From: Bryobacterales bacterium | GTDB lineage: Bacteria > Acidobacteriota > Terriglobia > Bryobacterales > UBA6623 | Assembly (NCBI GenBank): GCA_963422375.2 | Contig: OY729428.2 | Location: forward strand, 3,104,001 to 3,168,000 | Length of the DNA stretch: 64,000 nucleotides | Direction: 5' to 3' | Part shown: piece after piece, positions 20,053 to 31,518 of the stretch | How positions within the stretch are numbered: position 1 is the first letter of the stretch | Layout: each line of letters opens with the position of its first letter | Notes under the pieces: model-generated | What the model was told of the DNA's origin: nothing | The model's input: only the letters and a program-made list of their open reading frames with translations | The model's database searches: none | Made by a program: the position numbers and the translations under genes

Positions 20053-21012
20053 ATGGCAGGACTCGCGATGCGGGGACGAGCGGAGAAGAGCACACGCACG
20101 GTCACCGTGATGGATGGCGGGATGGGACGCGAACTCATCCGTCGAGGCGTGGCGTCGCTCACCGGCCTGTGGTCGGCCGGAGCTCTGCTGCACGCCCCCC
20201 GCGCGGTGGTCGACGTGCATCGCGTATTCATTTCGGCCGGGGCCCGCATCGTCACGACGAACAGCTACTCGTGCGTGCCCAGCTACCTCGGCAAGGCCGG
20301 GCTCGAAGACCGCTACCTGGACCTCGCGACTCTGGCCGGACAACTCGCCCGAGAAGCCGCCGAAGACGCGGAAGTCGGGGTTCTCGTGGGCGGCGGCCTG
20401 CCACCGCTGTCAGAGAGCTACCGGGCCGACATGGTCGTCAGCAACTCGGAAGCGCGACCCATCTACGAGGCGCTGGCCCGGGCCCTCCAACCGTGGGTCG
20501 ATCTCTTCCTGTGCGAAACGATGTCCAGCATTCGAGAATCGCGCAACGCGGCCTTGGCAGCGCTCGGCGCAGCGGCCCCGCGCGGTCTCCCGGTCTACGT
20601 TTCGTGGACTCTGGACGAGCGACCGGGGAATGGCCTGCGCAGCGGGGAATCTGTCACCGACGCCTTCCGGGCGCTCGGGGATCTCGACTTGGACGGGTTC
20701 CTGTTCAATTGCACGCATCCCGACGCGATCGCGGCGGGCATCGCCGAGATTACCCGCCTGACGGACAAGCCCGTCGGCGGCTACCCCAATCGCTTCGACG
20801 TCCCGGCAGGATGGACGCTCGACGGGGAGGTATCCGTCAAGAGCCGGGCGGATTTCGGGACCGAGCAGTTCGTGCAAGCCGCGACGCGCTTCGTCGAGCG
20901 CGGCGCGACCCTTGTCGGCGGATGCTGCGGGATCGCGCCCGAGGACATCGCGGCTCTATCGGCGCGGCTGGCCGAACGCGGCACCGCGACTGGCGGCCAA
21001 GCGACGGGCTAG
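20053..21012 (+). CDS. Homocysteine S-methyltransferase family protein
   Basis: DGGMG, TTNSY, CETMSS, FNC, GGCCG zinc ligands; start uncertain. Confidence 0.88.
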   Translation: MAGLAMRGRAEKSTRTVTVMDGGMGRELIRRGVASLTGLWSAGALLHAPRAVVDVHRVFISAGARIVTTNSYSCVPSYLGKAGLEDRYLDLATLAGQLAREAAEDAEVGVLVGGGLPPLSESYRADMVVSNSEARPIYEALARALQPWVDLFLCETMSSIRESRNAALAALGAAAPRGLPVYVSWTLDERPGNGLRSGESVTDAFRALGDLDLDGFLFNCTHPDAIAAGIAEITRLTDKPVGGYPNRFDVPAGWTLDGEVSVKSRADFGTEQFVQAATRFVERGATLVGGCCGIAPEDIAALSARLAERGTATGGQATG

Positions 21013-21105
21013 GGAAGAGGCCGGTCAACGCGACGGGAGATCGTTCGCGGTCTAGGGACGCCCCCGCGAAAGCGGCGTCGAAGCAGCGCGTCCGGGAGCT
21101 GACCG

Positions 21106-21181
21106 TGGTGGACCTGGAGGGACTCGAACCCTCGACCTCCTCCATGCCATGGAGGCGCGCTCCCAACTGCGCCACAGGCCC
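21106..21181 (-). tRNA. tRNA-Ala(GGC)
   Basis: Cloverleaf with GGC anticodon, G3:U70 pair, GGTTCGAGTCC T-arm and encoded CCA. Confidence 0.95.
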
Positions 21182-21525
21182 ACTCGGCAGTCTATGCCCA
21201 ATATAGCACGCGACGGACAGGACAGAGCCCCTGCAATCGTCACGCCCAAGTGGCCGGCGGCCCGGGTGGCGGACATCCAGCCTCGCGCGCGGGCTCCTAC
21301 TCCGCGGTGGCGGCGCACCCTGGCGGGTGTCCGCACGCCCCGTCCATCGAGTCGGCAGCACCGGCGGCAGACCCGCAATGATCACCATTTCCGGGATCGG
21401 CGTCACGGAATCCGGTCGCTTCCAGCCTCGTCCGGAGCGGCCTCCGGCGAGCCGGCGCAGCCCCCGCTCGTGCCCCGAAGGGCGCGAGCGGACCGCCGCC
21501 ATCGTGCTGATATACTCCTCGCACG

Positions 21526-22941
21526 ATGGCCGAGGAAAAGCTGCTGGGAGTGACCGTTCTCCCGGAATACATCCAGAGCGAGGGCATCGACGGGCTGCTT
21601 GACAACCTCACCCGCATCGGCGCCAACGCCGTCGCCACGTCACCGTACCTGATGGAGGAAGCGGACCGGGAAACCGGCCAGCGGGAGCCGCCGGCGGACG
21701 CGGACGCCGGCAGCGTGCGCCTGCTGGACCGCCCCCTATTCGGCAAGCGGGAGGTCTGGGTCAGGACGGCTCCCAGCTTCGAACCGGACCGGTCCCTGTA
21801 CTCCGGATTGCGCTACCAGCCGTCCAATCCGACCGATCTCACCCTTCGCCAAGGCCACCTGCTCTCCGACTTCATTCCAGCCGCGAAGGAGCGAGGCATT
21901 CGAGTCTACTTCCAAGTGCAGGCGGCAATCCCGCCCGGCTACCGCGTCCAGTTCGGAGGGCCCGTCGAGGCCGACAGGGCCCGGTTGCCGGATGGCACGA
22001 TCCCTCCGAGGCGGCTCGCCAAGAATGGCAGCCTAGCCAGCCCGCAGATCCTCGGTTACGAGCACGCGCTGATTCGGGATCTGGTACGCAACTACCCCGG
22101 CTTGGACGGGCTGCGCATTGACTGGCCCGAGTACCCGCCGTACTTCCTTGACTCGGTCTTCCTCGACTTCTCCTACCACGCCGAGAAGGCCGCGGAGCGG
22201 ATGGGCTTTCCATTCGACCGGATGCGACGCGATGTCGGCGCGCTGTACGCCAAGCTGCACGGCGGCTTGACCGACTCCGATCTCGAGCCGTGGGCGGACG
22301 ATGCGGACGGCGGGCGCTTCCACCTCCTGCGGCTTCTTGCCGACCACCCCGGCGTGTCCGCCTGGCTGCGCTTCAAGGCCGCCTTGGTCGAGGAGATGAT
22401 CGCGGGATTCCGGAAGGCGATGGACGCGAGCGGCGCCGAGAAGATGGAACTGCTGCCGAACGCGTTTCCCCCGCCTTGGACGATCGCCTCCGGCATGGAC
22501 TTCGCGCGAGTAGCCAAGCACTCCTCGGCAATCAGCTGCAAGCTGTACACGATGCACTGGCCGATGATGCTGCGGTTCTACGGCGATCAGATCTTGGAGG
22601 CGAATCCCGGCCTGTCGAGCCGCCTGCTGGCCCGGGCCTTGGTGCGATGGCTGGACATCGCGGACGACGAGGGGCTCGCCACCGTCGAGGACTACCAGTA
22701 CCCCCCGCCGGACGAGCCCCATCCGGTTGGCCCGCTGGCCCAGCGCCGCAAGATTCGCCAGGCGCAGCGGCAGGCCGGCGACACTCCGGTCTACGTGCTG
22801 GCACATGGATACGGCCCGCTTGCGGACTTCCGCAAGCGGCTCGAGGTAGCGAGGGACGCCGGCGACCACGGCTACTGGGTCAACCGCTACGCCTACCTGA
22901 GCGACGACAAGCTCGAGGCCATCCGCGAGGTCGGTGCGTGA
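21526..22941 (+). CDS. Uncharacterised protein, possible TIM-barrel glycoside-hydrolase-like
   Basis: 471-aa ORF with typical codon usage; YPGLDGLRIDWPEYP segment resembles GH-like barrels. Confidence 0.6.
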   Translation: MAEEKLLGVTVLPEYIQSEGIDGLLDNLTRIGANAVATSPYLMEEADRETGQREPPADADAGSVRLLDRPLFGKREVWVRTAPSFEPDRSLYSGLRYQPSNPTDLTLRQGHLLSDFIPAAKERGIRVYFQVQAAIPPGYRVQFGGPVEADRARLPDGTIPPRRLAKNGSLASPQILGYEHALIRDLVRNYPGLDGLRIDWPEYPPYFLDSVFLDFSYHAEKAAERMGFPFDRMRRDVGALYAKLHGGLTDSDLEPWADDADGGRFHLLRLLADHPGVSAWLRFKAALVEEMIAGFRKAMDASGAEKMELLPNAFPPPWTIASGMDFARVAKHSSAISCKLYTMHWPMMLRFYGDQILEANPGLSSRLLARALVRWLDIADDEGLATVEDYQYPPPDEPHPVGPLAQRRKIRQAQRQAGDTPVYVLAHGYGPLADFRKRLEVARDAGDHGYWVNRYAYLSDDKLEAIREVGA

Positions 22942-23051
22942 AGCATTCGACTCGGCCGGACGCGACGCGTCCGCCTGCGCCGCCGTCGAGCTCCGAGAGC
23001 CATCCAGACCCGCCGACCAGTCCCTCGCGCACCTCGGCCGCCGCTCTGGCG

Positions 23052-23153
23052 ATGCTCTATTGCCCTACATGCTCGCAACGGCTCGAACACCGCCGCTGCC
23101 AACTGCGCTGCACCCGCTGCGGCTTCTTCATGGACTGCTCGGACTACTACTGA
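23052..23153 (+). CDS. 33-aa small zinc finger protein
   Basis: MLYCPTCSQRLEHRRCQLRCTRCGFFMDCSDYY with two CxxC pairs; below the ORF-track cutoff. Confidence 0.7.
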   Translation: MLYCPTCSQRLEHRRCQLRCTRCGFFMDCSDYY

Positions 23154-23219
23154 CCGGGGCGCCTCGGGCGAACCTACAATAAGAGTTCCGGCACCTCGCG
23201 CGTGCCGGGGCTGGTTCCG

Positions 23220-24785
23220 ATGTCTCCAGAAGACCGTCTGTTCCAGCAGCGGTTCCAGAAGATCGCCCGTATCGCGGAGCTGGGATTCGAGCGCTATCCG
23301 CGCAAGTACGTGCCCACGCACGCGGTGCCGGACTTCCGCGCCGCCTTCGACCCGCTCGACGCCGACGCGCTCGAGCGGGACCGCCCCACCGCGAGCATCT
23401 GCGGACGCCTGTCCACGAAGAGGCGCCAAGGCAAGGCGGGCTTCGCCAACATCAGGCAAGGCGGCGCGCAGATACAGATCTACGTGCGCAAGGACGAGGT
23501 CGCCGAGCGCGACTTCGAGCTCTACAAGCTGCTCGACGCCGGAGATGTCATCGGCGTGGCAGGCCGGGTGTTCCGCACTCGCACGGGCGAGCTCACGCTG
23601 CGGGCTTCCAAGCTCGCATTCCTGTCCAAGAGCGTTCTACCTCCACCCGAGAAGTTCCACGGCCTCCAAGACGTAGAAGTCCGATATCGCCAGCGGTCCT
23701 TGGACCTGATCAGCAACGACGGCGTGCGGCAGACGTTCGTCACACGGGACCGGATCATCCGCACTCTGAGGACCGCGTTCGAGCGGCGCGGCTACATCGA
23801 GGTCGAGACGCCGATGATGCAGCCCGCCTACGGCGGGGCGCTGGCGCGCCCCTTCGTGACGCACCACAACGCGCTCGACCTGAAGCTGTACCTGCGCATC
23901 GCGCCCGAACTCTACCTGAAGCGCCTGACGGTGGGCGGCCTGGACCGGGTGTACGAGATCAACCGGAATTTCCGCAACGAAGGCCTCTCGAAGCACCACA
24001 ACCCGGAATTCACGATGCTGGAGTTTTACGAGGCGTACAGCGACTACCGGGACCTCATGCGCTTCAGCGCCGACCTCCTCCGGGAGGCCGCGAAAGCGGC
24101 ACTGGACGGCGGCACCGAGGCGGTCTTCGGCGCGTATCGCATCGACTTCGGGACACTCACCTGCCTCACGCTGGCCGAGACCGTATCCGCATACTGGCCC
24201 GACCCAGCGACGAGACCCGAGCCGTCCCAGCTGGCCGAGATCGGGAAGATCCGGGAACTCGCGTCCGTACACGAGCGCCGGGAGGGCGTGGCGGTGCCCT
24301 TGGCGGAGGGCATCTCCGCGGGCATGGGCTTGCTGCGCCTGTTCGAGGCCTCCTGCGAGCACCGGCTGGTGCAGCCAACTGCTGTCTATGACTATCCGAT
24401 CGAGGCGTCCCCCCTCTCGAAGCGGAAGCCGGACGCGCCCGACTGGGTCGAGCGCTTCGAAATCTTCTGCGGCGGCATGGAAATTGCCAACGGCTACTCG
24501 GAACTGAACGATCCTCTGGAGCAGCTCAGGCGGTTCGAGGAGCAGGCCGAGGCCCGCGCGGCGGGCGACCACGAGGCCCACGGCATCGACGAGGACTACG
24601 TCCGGGCCCTGTGCTACGGCCTGCCGCCGACCGCGGGCGAGGGGATCGGCATCGACCGGCTGACGATGCTACTGACGAACTCGCCCACGATCCGTGACGT
24701 GATCCTGTTCCCCCTGCTTAGGCCGGAAGGAGAGGTCGGAATCGCCGACCGTCTTCGCCGGGCCGCCGGCGATCACCCCTCCTAG
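23220..24785 (+). CDS. lysS: Lysine--tRNA ligase (class II)
   Basis: RYRQR, IEVETP, YLRIAPELYLKRL, FRNEG, HNPEF, GIGIDRL. Confidence 0.97.
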   Translation: MSPEDRLFQQRFQKIARIAELGFERYPRKYVPTHAVPDFRAAFDPLDADALERDRPTASICGRLSTKRRQGKAGFANIRQGGAQIQIYVRKDEVAERDFELYKLLDAGDVIGVAGRVFRTRTGELTLRASKLAFLSKSVLPPPEKFHGLQDVEVRYRQRSLDLISNDGVRQTFVTRDRIIRTLRTAFERRGYIEVETPMMQPAYGGALARPFVTHHNALDLKLYLRIAPELYLKRLTVGGLDRVYEINRNFRNEGLSKHHNPEFTMLEFYEAYSDYRDLMRFSADLLREAAKAALDGGTEAVFGAYRIDFGTLTCLTLAETVSAYWPDPATRPEPSQLAEIGKIRELASVHERREGVAVPLAEGISAGMGLLRLFEASCEHRLVQPTAVYDYPIEASPLSKRKPDAPDWVERFEIFCGGMEIANGYSELNDPLEQLRRFEEQAEARAAGDHEAHGIDEDYVRALCYGLPPTAGEGIGIDRLTMLLTNSPTIRDVILFPLLRPEGEVGIADRLRRAAGDHPS

Positions 24786-24835
24786 GAGGGGCTGAGCCGG
24801 GCCGGCCGCCGGGTCCGGAGGGTCGCGGCAGCAGT

Positions 24836-26730
24836 GTGCGAGACTGGCCGTTCTCGAATGGCGTTATCCCTAGGAAATCTTGGTTCGTCCCGGATGCGAT
24901 CCGGGTGGCCGGGTGCGACTTGAGGCGATTCAACTGGAGCTGGCCGGAGGAGTCTCCGGAGCGGGCCCAGCGCGGGCAAGAGGTCTCGAGCGAGCTGGGC
25001 CTGCCCAAGGCCCTGGGCCTAGCGCTGGCCACGCGAGGGTACGACCGGTCCCATGCCTCCGACCTCGAGGACCGCTCCCTTCGGGTCTGCACCGAGGCGA
25101 TCGGGGATCCTGACGGAATCGACGAAGCCGCGAGGGAACTGCTCACCCGAGCCCGCAAGGGACGGATCGGCATCCTGTGCGACTACGACGTCGACGGCGC
25201 GACAGCCCAGGCGATCCTCGTCGAGACGCTGCGGGCGGTGCTACCGTCCGGCGCGGGCGACCCGGCTGTCGCCGTGCCCTACAGGAACAAGGAGGGCTTC
25301 GGCCCAAACGTCCGCTGCCTGAATCGTCTGTCCGAGGCCGGCGTGTCCGTGGTCGCCGTCCTAGACTGTGGCACCTCCAGCGGCAAGCTGCTGGACCGCT
25401 TCCACGAGACGTCTCAGGTGCCGACAATCGTCGTCGACCACCATCCCCCGCTCGACCTGGCACCGCCCGCATCCGGTCTAGTGGTCAATCCGTGGGTCAG
25501 CAGGGCGCCTGATCCGGGCGAACAGGGCACGCTATGCACCGCAGGCCTCGCTTGGTTCCTAGCGCGAGCCATCCTGCGCGAAGCGGGGCTGTCTCCCGCC
25601 GGCACGGCGCGGCTGCGCAAGCGGCTCACGCTGCTCGCGGCGCTGGGCACGGTGTGCGACGTGATGCCCATCAACACGCCATTCAACCGGTCGCTGGTCC
25701 TCGCGGGCACCCGAATCCTGGGCGAGCAGGGCAACACCTCCCCCGGGCTGGCCGCGCTCGTGGACATTGCGGCCATCCGGGGGAAACCGACCGCCGACGA
25801 CTTCGGCTGGCGGATCGGCCCCCGTATCAATGCAGGGTCGCGGATGGGCAAGTCCAGCCTGGCAGCGCGCTGCCTTAGGGAAACGAAGCACAGCACGGCC
25901 CGCGAGCTCGCGAAGCAGCTGCACGAGCTTAACCGGAGCCGCGTCACCGTCGGGCGCAAGGCCGCGGAGGAATTGGAGTCCTCCGCGCGGCAGGAAGAGC
26001 TCGCCGCCGGGCCGGTCAATCTGCACCGGGTGAACTGCGCTACCCCCGGGACGATCGGGCTGGTCGCTTCGTCGCTGGTCAGGCGCTATGGATGGCCGGC
26101 CATCACCGTCGCCGAGCGCGAGGACGGGCTGCTGGCCGGATCCGGCAGGACGGCGCTAGGCTTCGACCTTGGAGCGGCCGTGAGCAAGGCCTGCCAAGAG
26201 GGAATCCTAGAGGGAGGAGGCGGGCACTCGGCTGCGTGCGGCCTGACTGTCAGGCCCAATCGGCTGTCCGACCTACACTCGTTTCTGAACGAGCGATTCA
26301 GGGACCTGCATTCGCGGGAAGGGCGCTTGCCCGAACCCACCCACCGGATCGACGCGGCGCTCGCCGCACCGATCTTTCGAGCAACTCGCTGATTGCCCTA
26401 GCCAACGCGCAGGCCCGGCTCGCGCCGTGGGGACAAGGGCTGCGCCTACCGCTCTTCGGAGTGCGGAGGTGCTCGCTCTTGTCAAGCAACAGGACGCCGA
26501 CGGGCCATCTCTTCCTGCGCCTCGCAGCTGGAGAGTCGCAATTCGGGGCGGTGTGGTGGAACGCGCCGAAGGATTGGACCGAGCAGGCGGGGCTGGACGG
26601 GCGCACGCCGGGTGAATCGGTCGCCGCGACGCACGAGGTCGATCTGGCGGGCAAGGTCGACATTGACGAATGGCAAGGGCGCCGTCGGGGGCGCATTGCC
26701 GTTCGTGCCATCAGGTCGTCGCACGCCTAG
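24836..26730 (+). pseudogene. recJ: ssDNA exonuclease RecJ, frameshifted near 26368
   Basis: DYDVDG, LDCG, VDHH, GPRINAGSR, GGGHSAACG; OB-fold tail (LAPWGQG...) lies in a different frame. Confidence 0.8.
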
Positions 26731-27366
26731 CGGCGGCCCGAATCCTGCCGACGCGTCCGCTCGGCTAGCCGCTCCCAAGGGGCGGCGCCTCGGCTTGTTC
26801 CAGTTGAAGCACCGCTGTGCGGCACAGGCCCCAAGAAACCTGCAGCCACTCGGCCCCGAATGTAGGGCCGAACGAGGTGGCAAGCCGCGATGATCGGAGA
26901 GTCGATGGTCGCTCAACTCGCTCGTCCGTTGCTGATTCCGGAGCGGACGCGCACGGGCTGAAAGCCGAGCGGGGAACGGATCGGACTGCGGCCGCCAAGT
27001 AACGCGGGATTCGTCTCTGCACGAGAAGGGTCGCGCTAGGCAGAGAAGAGTCGGCCTCGGTCTCAAACGTAGGACCAAGATCCGAGACTGCTTGAGAGAG
27101 GATTCCAGCTCAGGCGGCATACTGAGAGGCGCAAGAGTCTTTTCCCAAGATACGGGCCATACTCAGTCGACTTCCGATTCAGGCTGTCATCATAGCAGCC
27201 CAGAGATAGAGCCTTGAATTCTCGAACTTAGGCCTGCATATTGTGATATACCGTAACTATCTACACAGTATATTGCGTACTCGAATTTGGAAGGCCTCCT
27301 TCTTAGCAGACTGCTTGGGAACCCAGTTGCCAGTACATTCTGGCCTGGCCGATCCGAAAAGACTTT

Positions 27367-28445
27367 CCTGATTACCAACGAACGTCAGCCGAGGATATGC
27401 TATACTGGAGGAGGTCGGAAATCTCTGCTAGGAAAGGGGCTAGCAGATGAAACGCAATCGCGTGCAATGCCAGAAGGGACTCAGCCTGGGCAAGTTCCTA
27501 CAGCGAGGGGCCATGCGAGCGGGCCGTCTTCAACGCCCGCTGGCCGGACGGCTTCCGCTGCCCGGAGTGCGGCTCCCGACGGCACTGCCGCATCCGCTCC
27601 CGCAAGCTCTGGCAGTGCAGTGCCTGCCACCGCCGGACCTCCCTCGTCGCCGGCACGATCTTCGCCGCCACCAAGCTGCCGCTGACCGTCCGGTTCCTGG
27701 CGATCCACCTGCTGACGCAGGGCCAGCACGGCGTTTCGTCGCTGGAACTGGCGCGGCAGCTGGGGGTCAGCCGAAACACGGCCTGGAAGGTGCAGCACAA
27801 GCTCCTGCCAGTGCTGAAGGAGCGCGACGAGCGCGTGCCGCTGCACGGCATCGTGCAAGTGATCGTGCAAGTGGACGACGCCTACTGGGGCGGGGAGCGG
27901 ACCGGCGGCAAGCGCGGTCGCGGCGCGGCGGGCAAGACGCCGTTCGTCGCCGCCGTGCAGGTCACCGCCGTGCAGGTCACCGCCGTGCAGGTCACCGCCG
28001 TGCAGGTCACCGCCGCCGGCCAGCCGGCAAGGATGCGCCTGAGCAGCGTGGCGGGCTTGCGCAAGAAGACGCTGGCAGCGTGGGCCGGGCGGCACTTGCA
28101 GCCCGGCACGGAGGTGCATTCCGACGGCCCGGCCTGCTTCCGGGGCGTGGCCGGAGCCGGCTGCGAGCACGTGCCGACCGTCACCGGAGGCGGGCAGCGG
28201 AGCTGCGGGGATTCCCGCTTCGTCCGGGTCAACACGATGCTGGCGCACGTCAAGCGGTCCCTGGCGGGAACCTGCCATGCGCTCGACGGCAAGCACCTGC
28301 CGCGCTACCTCGCCGAGTTCCGCTACCGCTTCAACCGCCGCTACGATCTCGAGGCGCTGGTCCCCCGCCTGCTCCACGCCTCCGTGCGCACCCCGCCCAG
28401 GCCTTACCGCCTCCTAACCTTGGCTGAGTCTTGTGGGTAATCAGG
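27367..28445 (+). mobile_element. IS1595-family element (second type) with frameshifted transposase
   Basis: IRs CCTGATTACC...GGTAATCAGG; transposase pieces MKRNRVQCQKGLSL, VDDAYWGG, SDG, YLAEFRYRFNRR. Confidence 0.88.
27952..28011. repeat. 15-bp tandem repeat GCCGTGCAGGTCACC x4 (AVQVT)
   Basis: Read directly; a 12-bp duplication also lies at 27850-27873. Confidence 0.92.
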
Positions 28446-28888
28446 TAGCCTTTTGTACTAGTCTCGCGAACAAGAGCACCAATTTCTTCGACCCTGCCAA
28501 AGCACCTGCCAATCTCTGCTCCTAGGCCCTTCCCACAGGAATTCATTCTAGCGTTGATCAATCCTCTCGCTTCATCAGGCAGACGGATCGTAAAGTCCTC
28601 TTGCCCAAGCAACGTAGGGTCTAGAGTTTTCTTACACCATCGCACGACGGACTTCGGAATATCATCGATCAATTCTCTGGGAAACAACGAGATAGGTGAT
28701 AATGGATTGATTCCCCAATCAGTCGAGAAACACTTGCGGAGAGCATAGATCAGAGAAGCTATGTAAGACTTTCCTGTGTTGCTCGGCCCGACGAATACCG
28801 TTAGAGGCCGTATGTCGACCTTAGCATGAGCAATTGGCCCGAAGTCCTTCGCTTCAATTTCGAGCCTCCCTTGTGAGTTCTTGAGCAT
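28446..28888 (-). pseudogene. AAA-family (AAA_15/21-like) ATPase N-terminus truncated by IS
   Basis: DFGPI...LTVFVGPSNTGKS Walker A; low GC; runs into the IS end. Confidence 0.8.
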
Positions 28889-29017
28889 TGGCAGACCAGC
28901 GTCTCACTTGCAGTGAATCCCCGCGCTACGCTTACCGCACGCAGGGGGCGGCACAACACCTCCTAGCTTGCACGGTAGAACGGCACGTGCTGGGCGAGCA
29001 GCAAGCGTGGTCGAGCA

Positions 29018-30334
29018 TCACGCCGGTGAACGCCTCGCTATCTCCCGGAACGCGTCGGCAGCGCAGCCGACCGTCTGGTCAATCGCAGCGTCGCTGTGAA
29101 GCGCCCCGACGAACATCGCCTCGTACTGGGAGCAGGGCAGGTAGACACCTCGCTCGAGCATCGCACGGAAGTACCGCCCGAACAGCGTCGTGTCGCACGT
29201 GGCGGCGTCCTCCCAGTCTCGAATTTCGCGGTCCGTGAAGAAGAATGTCAGCATGGAGCCGACGCGATGGCTCGTGATCGTCACTCCAGCCTCTCTCGCG
29301 GCGGCCAGCACCCCCGCCTGCAAGCGAGCCCCGGCAGATTCGATTTTGTCGTAGACCTTGGGATTCTCCTTGAGCAATCGCAGTGTCGCTAGGCCAGCCG
29401 CCACGGCCACCGGATTTCCGGAGAGCGTCCCGGCCTGGTAGACGCTCCCGACGGGAGCGACGCACCCCATAATCTCGCGCCGCCCGCCGAAGGCCCCGAC
29501 GGGAAGACCTCCACCAATGACCTTTCCCAACGTGGTCATATCCGGCGTCACGCCATAAAGCTGCTGCGCACCCCCAAAGGCCACACGAAAGCCTGTCATC
29601 ACCTCGTCGAAAATGAGCACGGCACCGTGTTCGGTGCAGAGTTCGCGCGCACGCGACAGGAAGCCCTCCACCGGCGGAACGCATCCCATGTTGCCCACGA
29701 CGGGCTCGAGGATTACAGCGGCGATCCGGTCTCCCCGCTCGCTGAAGGCCCGGTCCAGCGCGGCAACATCGTTGTAAGCAAGAGGCAGCGTGGTCTTCGC
29801 GAAGCCTTCGGGAACTCCAGCCGAGTCCGATATGCCGAGCGTAGCCAGCCCGGATCCCGCCTTGACAAGCAGCGAGTCCACGTGCCCGTGGTAGTTGCCG
29901 ATGAACTTAACCACCAAGTCGCGGCCAGTGTGGCCCCGAGCGACGCGAAGGGCGCTCATCGTGGCCTCGGTGCCCGAATTCACGAACCGCACCATGTCGA
30001 TGGACGGCACGGCATCCGCAATGAGTTCGGCAACCTCGATCTCGGCCTCGGTCGGAGCGCCGTAGCTGGTGCCCCTCGAAGCGGTGGACGCGACTGCATC
30101 GACGACATCTGGGTGGCTGTGGCCGAGCAGGAGCGGGCCCCATGAGCCCACGTAGTCGATGTAATCGTTGCCGTCCACGTCCCGCATGTAGCAGGACTCG
30201 GCCCGTTCGATGAATACCGGATCGCGACCGACGGCGCGAAACGCCCTAGCGGGAGAGTTCACTCCGCCCGGGATCACCCGCCTCGCTCGCTCGAACAGTC
30301 TGTTGGACCGGTCGTGTCGCCTGACGATTCTCAA
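29018..30334 (-). CDS. hemL: Glutamate-1-semialdehyde 2,1-aminomutase
   Basis: IPGGVNSPARAF, NSGTEAT, FDEVMTGFR, LGKVIGGG, QAGTLSGNP. Confidence 0.96.
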   Translation of the reverse strand: MRIVRRHDRSNRLFERARRVIPGGVNSPARAFRAVGRDPVFIERAESCYMRDVDGNDYIDYVGSWGPLLLGHSHPDVVDAVASTASRGTSYGAPTEAEIEVAELIADAVPSIDMVRFVNSGTEATMSALRVARGHTGRDLVVKFIGNYHGHVDSLLVKAGSGLATLGISDSAGVPEGFAKTTLPLAYNDVAALDRAFSERGDRIAAVILEPVVGNMGCVPPVEGFLSRARELCTEHGAVLIFDEVMTGFRVAFGGAQQLYGVTPDMTTLGKVIGGGLPVGAFGGRREIMGCVAPVGSVYQAGTLSGNPVAVAAGLATLRLLKENPKVYDKIESAGARLQAGVLAAAREAGVTITSHRVGSMLTFFFTDREIRDWEDAATCDTTLFGRYFRAMLERGVYLPCSQYEAMFVGALHSDAAIDQTVGCAADAFREIARRSPA

Positions 30335-30496
30335 GAGAGGGTCCTCGGCCGCTTCCTCTCAGGACGAGACGCTCGGCTCGCCCCGCTTCGTATGCCCGGA
30401 CGGAAGCCGTGATTTCACGCCCTGTCGGCAGGCCCGTCGTATGCGTTAGCTGGTGGCGGAAACGATACCCGGAGCGGTAGCGGGAACTCGATTATA

Positions 30497-30922
30497 TCAG
30501 CGCTCTTCCGCGCCAACAGGTGGATGGCCCGGCGGCAGTATGCCGCCTTGCGACTCCACGGGTGGGTGGCCTTGCGGGAGGCCCGGAACGGCTCCGTGAC
30601 CAGGAATAGCCTCTTCGGCCGGCCCTGCGACCGATTCGGGCGGCACCACCATCCAGCCGCCTTGCGTCTCCTCCAGCTCGTAAATCATCTTCATCGCCGC
30701 CATGGGGTCGTCCGACGACATGATCGACACCGACGCGACGGCGCGGCTGCCGTCGTACCGGATCCGGTCCGCCCTGACCTGCATCCGTCCCATTCTCAGG
30801 TCGGTCTGCTCGGCCAGATAGGCCTCGACCGCTGCCTCGACCTCGGCAGGCGATCGCGGCCGTTCGTATCCGCAGCCAGCCAAGAGCAACGCGGCGACTG
30901 TCGCGACAACCGTTAGCGGCAT
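30497..30922 (-). CDS. Hypothetical lipoprotein with two LPxGHPP motifs
   Basis: Lipobox LAGC; C-terminal LPQGHPP and LPPGHPP. Confidence 0.75.
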   Translation of the reverse strand: MPLTVVATVAALLLAGCGYERPRSPAEVEAAVEAYLAEQTDLRMGRMQVRADRIRYDGSRAVASVSIMSSDDPMAAMKMIYELEETQGGWMVVPPESVAGPAEEAIPGHGAVPGLPQGHPPVESQGGILPPGHPPVGAEER

Positions 30923-30967
30923 GGGGTCCTCTTGCCCGGCAAAATCGTCGGGGAGCCTTCCGCAGGG

Positions 30968-31486
30968 CTACCGAACCACTTCCCACGCCAGGTGCGCGAG
31001 TTCCGGGAGAATCAGCTTCTCCCAAGCGAGGCGCACCGCCGCCGGGGATCCGGGGGTGGATACGATCGCCTTGCCGCGGAACACGCCGGCCGTAGCGCGC
31101 GAGAGCATCGCGGCGGCCCCGACCTGCTCGTAGCTCAGCATCCGGAACAGTTCGCCGAAACCCGTCAGCTCTTTTTCAATCTCGCGGCTGAGAACGTCGA
31201 ATGTCCGGTCCCGCCGCGAGATTCCCGTGCCTCCGTTGAAGAGTATGAGCTGCACGGACTCGTCCGCCGCAAGTGCGTGCAGGGCCGCCCGCACTTGGTC
31301 GGGCTCGTCCCGGACGATGCGAATCGAGTGCAGGAGATTGCCTGACCGCTCAATCGCGTCGCTCAAGAAGGCCGCGTTGGCATCGGTCTTGGCAGTGCGC
31401 GTGTCGCTCACGGTAACGACCGCCAGCGTCACGCTGCCGCGCGCTGCCGCGCGCTGGCGATGCTCGTCGCTGCTGTGCGAGGCCAT
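30968..31486 (-). CDS. moaB: Molybdenum cofactor biosynthesis protein B (MoaB/Mog)
   Basis: [35 protein letters not shown]. Confidence 0.9.
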   Translation of the reverse strand: MASHSSDEHRQRAAARGSVTLAVVTVSDTRTAKTDANAAFLSDAIERSGNLLHSIRIVRDEPDQVRAALHALAADESVQLILFNGGTGISRRDRTFDVLSREIEKELTGFGELFRMLSYEQVGAAAMLSRATAGVFRGKAIVSTPGSPAAVRLAWEKLILPELAHLAWEVVR

Positions 31487-31518
31487 TGGCAGCTCTCCCC
31501 CCGGCGCGTCGCAGCGCT

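Noticed and set aside
21106..21181. tRNA-Ala as an island or prophage integration site
   Set aside because: No integrase and no duplicated tRNA 3' end seen in the window.
18286..28011. Short repeat arrays as CRISPR
   Set aside because: Head-to-tail repeats without spacers, inside IS elements; no cas genes.
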